Shown: one piece after another, positions 61,039 to 64,000 of the stretch
Layout: every line of letters begins with the position of its first letter
Numbering within the stretch: the stretch's first letter is position 1
Source: Nageia nagi
Lineage: Eukaryota > Plantae > Pinophyta
Direction: 5' to 3'
Length of the DNA: 64,000 bases
NCBI GenBank assembly: GCA_050084985.1
Contig: JBITNC010000002.1
Coordinates: 20,274,001-20,338,000, forward strand
The notes under the pieces: model-generated
What the model saw: the letters and a program-made list of their open reading frames with translations, nothing else
What the model was told of the DNA's origin: nothing
The model's database searches: none
Made by a program: the position numbers and the translations under genes

Positions 61039-64000
61039 TGTTGGGAAGGAAATCTTTCCTCTAACTAAGATCGTCCAATGAGACGATAAATGGGAAAGCA
61101 ACCTAGCATTTAGATGAGATTAGCGTTACCTATCTCCTCTTGTCAGGACTGAAACCCCAACGTTTGTTCGAATTCCCGCATTAAAGGTAACTTAATTTTA
61201 TAACTTTTTTCTTAGGAATCAGTTTAGTGGATTAAGAGAGGTAATGGATGTTAACTCACTTTTTTATAGGGAACTTAAGGTGTTTTATGCAATGGTCGAA
61301 AGTTGTTGTGTTTTCAAAAAAAGAAAACAAAAAAGGAAAAGAAAGCAAATAAAAGAGAATGTTCAATACAATGTTGGTTTGGTTTCAAAGCAATCACCAC
61401 AACAAAGCATTGTCTAAACTAGTTTCTTTCCGGATCAATTAAGAAGGTTTCATTCAGTCAATCTAGTTTGACATAAATGACACAAGTCCAAGTTATCCTC
61501 AAATCTAAAGCAAAGAGCAAGGTTGACTATCGGTACTCCTTTACAGGACCGATGGGCAGTCAAAACAACTTAGTGCGGAACACATGTTCGCTAACTCATT
61601 TTGAATGAAAAGTTCAAATCAGATGGCATCGAAAGAAAGTAGATTCAGAATACGTTTATTTACCATGCAAGCATTGGATAGGTAGCAATCTTAGAGTAAT
61701 TCAAACGCTTTAAAGAATCTTCAGCAAGTTTTCCTAAATCTCGTAAGTTTTCAAAGGAAGGCACAAAAGAATTCAAATCATAGAAGAAAGCTACAACAAG
61801 ATCCAATCCACAACTCCATAAATGAAAAATTCACTTTGGTCTTTAAGTTACCACTTTGCATTAACTTTGTAAAAGAGTTGTACAAAAGTTTTCAAAATTT
61901 CTCCTCTTTTACAAAAGTTTTGGTTTTTCACAAAATTTCATTTCCAAAAATAAGACCCCTTGGGTCTATTTATGGAATTTCTAAGGTTTCCTAGTATTGC
62001 CCTAATTCTAATAAAAAATTAAAATATTACATTTCACTAAGTTAGCTAACCAGGCTGACTTCAAGAGCTATGTCAGTTAACATGGTTGACCCCAAGAGCT
62101 AAGTCAGTTAACATGGCTGACTCAAAAATTGGATTTTGACTAAATCAAGGATGGTTGATCCACGGATTGCACAAGTAATGCATCTTCTCCAACCAACTTC
62201 AAGCATGCTCCATCGATCTTTGGGCCTTCTTCCCTTGCACAACGAGCTACGATTCTCAATCAACCTTTGTAGCATGCTGAGTAATTTGACTTGTGCTGAC
62301 TGATGTGAGTTGCTCTAACTGATGTTTTGCTCATTTTTTATCAATTTGGATCCACACTATCCACAACACAATGGAAATGGGTACTCAAATCCAATATTGA
62401 AATCCTTTTCTAGAATAATGCATTTTGCATGCTAGATAGGTTCATTTTGGCCAATGAGCTCACTCTTGAAGTGCATTTTGCAAGCTAGATAGGTTCATTT
62501 TGGCCAATGAACTTCCAAGGCTAATATATCTTGAAATTCGGCGCTCCATGTCCCAATGTGCTCAAATTTTGGATTTCTCAAAGGTCAAAAATGAGTCCCT
62601 TTGGTCTAGGCGCATGTTTTCTTCCTTTATCACATTAAATATCCAAATCTTGTGCCTAGCTATAGAAGGAGCAATTTTGATCTTTTATCATCATTCCCAA
62701 GCTTAAATGTGTTTGATTCTTTACCCTCCCAAAAGCCTCCATGTTCAAATTTTGCAATTGGTGAAGATCAAAATGGTGCTCAAATTTAAGTTTAGTGCTC
62801 AAATTTAATTGGTGCTCAAATTTTCAAAATTGTGAGTCGAAAGGTGCTCAATTTTGGGTCCTTCACCATCCTATGTGCTCAAATTTGATTTTTGCCAACT
62901 TCAAAATTTGGGCATTTTTACACTAGGCGCATGATTTCAGCCTTTGATGACATCAAACCTCTCAAATTGCCACCTAGATTTTTGGAGGGATAAATTTGCT
63001 CAAATTTTGAAAGTTCCAAGCTTAAAGGTTCTTGGATTTTAGTCCTCCATGAGCCTATGTGCTCAAATTTGATTTTTGAATGAAGTCAAAATTATGCAAT
63101 TATGAGGTAAGCCCATGGTTTTGGGGTTTGATGAGAACAAAGCTCCAAAACTTGCACCTAGGTGTGAAAGGAGGTAAACTTGGTCCAATTTGGAAACTTC
63201 CAAGCTTAAACCAAGTAATTCTCTAGGGTTTGGCATATCCTTCTCTAGACTTGGCATATCTTCATCAATTTCATGGGCAAGATTAACTTCTAGTTCTATG
63301 GTCCCTTCCATGTGTGCATCCTTCTCTTGTAAAGAAACTACTATTGTGGCGAAATCGTTCTCAAATTTCCAATTTGCATTGCTAGGGTCAGGAACATTAC
63401 TTTCTCTTTTATGAAGAGAATTTCAACACTTGCATCAACCAACTCCTCGTCACTCTTTTGTTCTTCCTAAAAAAGGCGGTCTTAAAAAATCATATCTGAA
63501 ACAATGACACTTTCTACCTCTTTTCCCATACTTCTCACCAAATCATGGGTATTTATGAAATCACATTCTTCTTCAACAATCTCATGATCTTAATCCATTG
63601 TATGCTGAACATGTGTAGGTGCAAGTAATTAGAAAGAAACATTTTGGGGTTTCAAACATACCTTGTGTGGCAAAGAATCATCTTCATCTCCTTCAACACT
63701 AGGCTCTTGCTCACTCCCAAAATCAATATCGGCTGCCCCTACGATATCTTCTTGGCATGATTCTTCATTTGGCAAGGCAACGTCCTTAAGATATTCAATT
63801 TCTCCAATGTCGTTTGGTGCATGCTCTTGTGGTTATGCGGCCCCTTTATCACCAAACTCATGCATCAATTCAGTCCCTTGCGGCAAAATTTTTGTTTTGC
63901 CTTCGAAACCTATCATAATTTCTCCATCATCTTCTTCAAAGGGTACTTCTTGTGGTTGAGTAACATCTTCATCCTCATCACAAAGCTCATGAATGAATTC
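61039..64000 (-). mobile_element. 3' portion of the giant 5' LTR of the older gypsy element (runs off the window)
   Basis: The minus strand ends TTGGGGTTTCAGTCCTGACAAGAGGAG...AGAGGAAAGATTTCCTTCCCAACA, closely matching 14917-15038. Shares the CCTTCCTTTGAAAACT block (~61745-61760). 3 x 31 bp repeat at ~62050-62125. Acidic ORF remnants at 63063-64000. Confidence 0.8.

Overview
This window is eukaryotic plant nuclear DNA. The very long TE-packed introns and the TE repertoire suggest a gymnosperm, but that is an inference. One host gene can be reconstructed on the minus strand: a FIP2-like gene (KCTD-type BTB/POZ domain plus pentapeptide repeats). Six of its internal exons (606 bp total, all GT-AG, all phase-compatible) are spread over 9363-43425; the first and last exons were not found in the window. 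Most of the rest is transposon debris: (i) one structurally complete but frameshifted Ty3/gypsy Tat/Ogre-type element (52180-60852, TSD CCTAG), nested in the 5' leader of an older gypsy element; (ii) several solo LTRs with target-site duplications; (iii) copia, RTE/L1 LINE, hAT and tRNA-derived SINE/TRIM remnants. The most unusual feature is five related giant LTR-like units (about 4-7.5 kb where both ends are visible). They share terminal or internal motifs and a recurring layout: tandem sub-repeat array, TATA box, decayed ORF, conserved 3' end. One copy sits directly on a duplicated tRNA-Asn PBS upstream of a gag. All alignments were made by eye.
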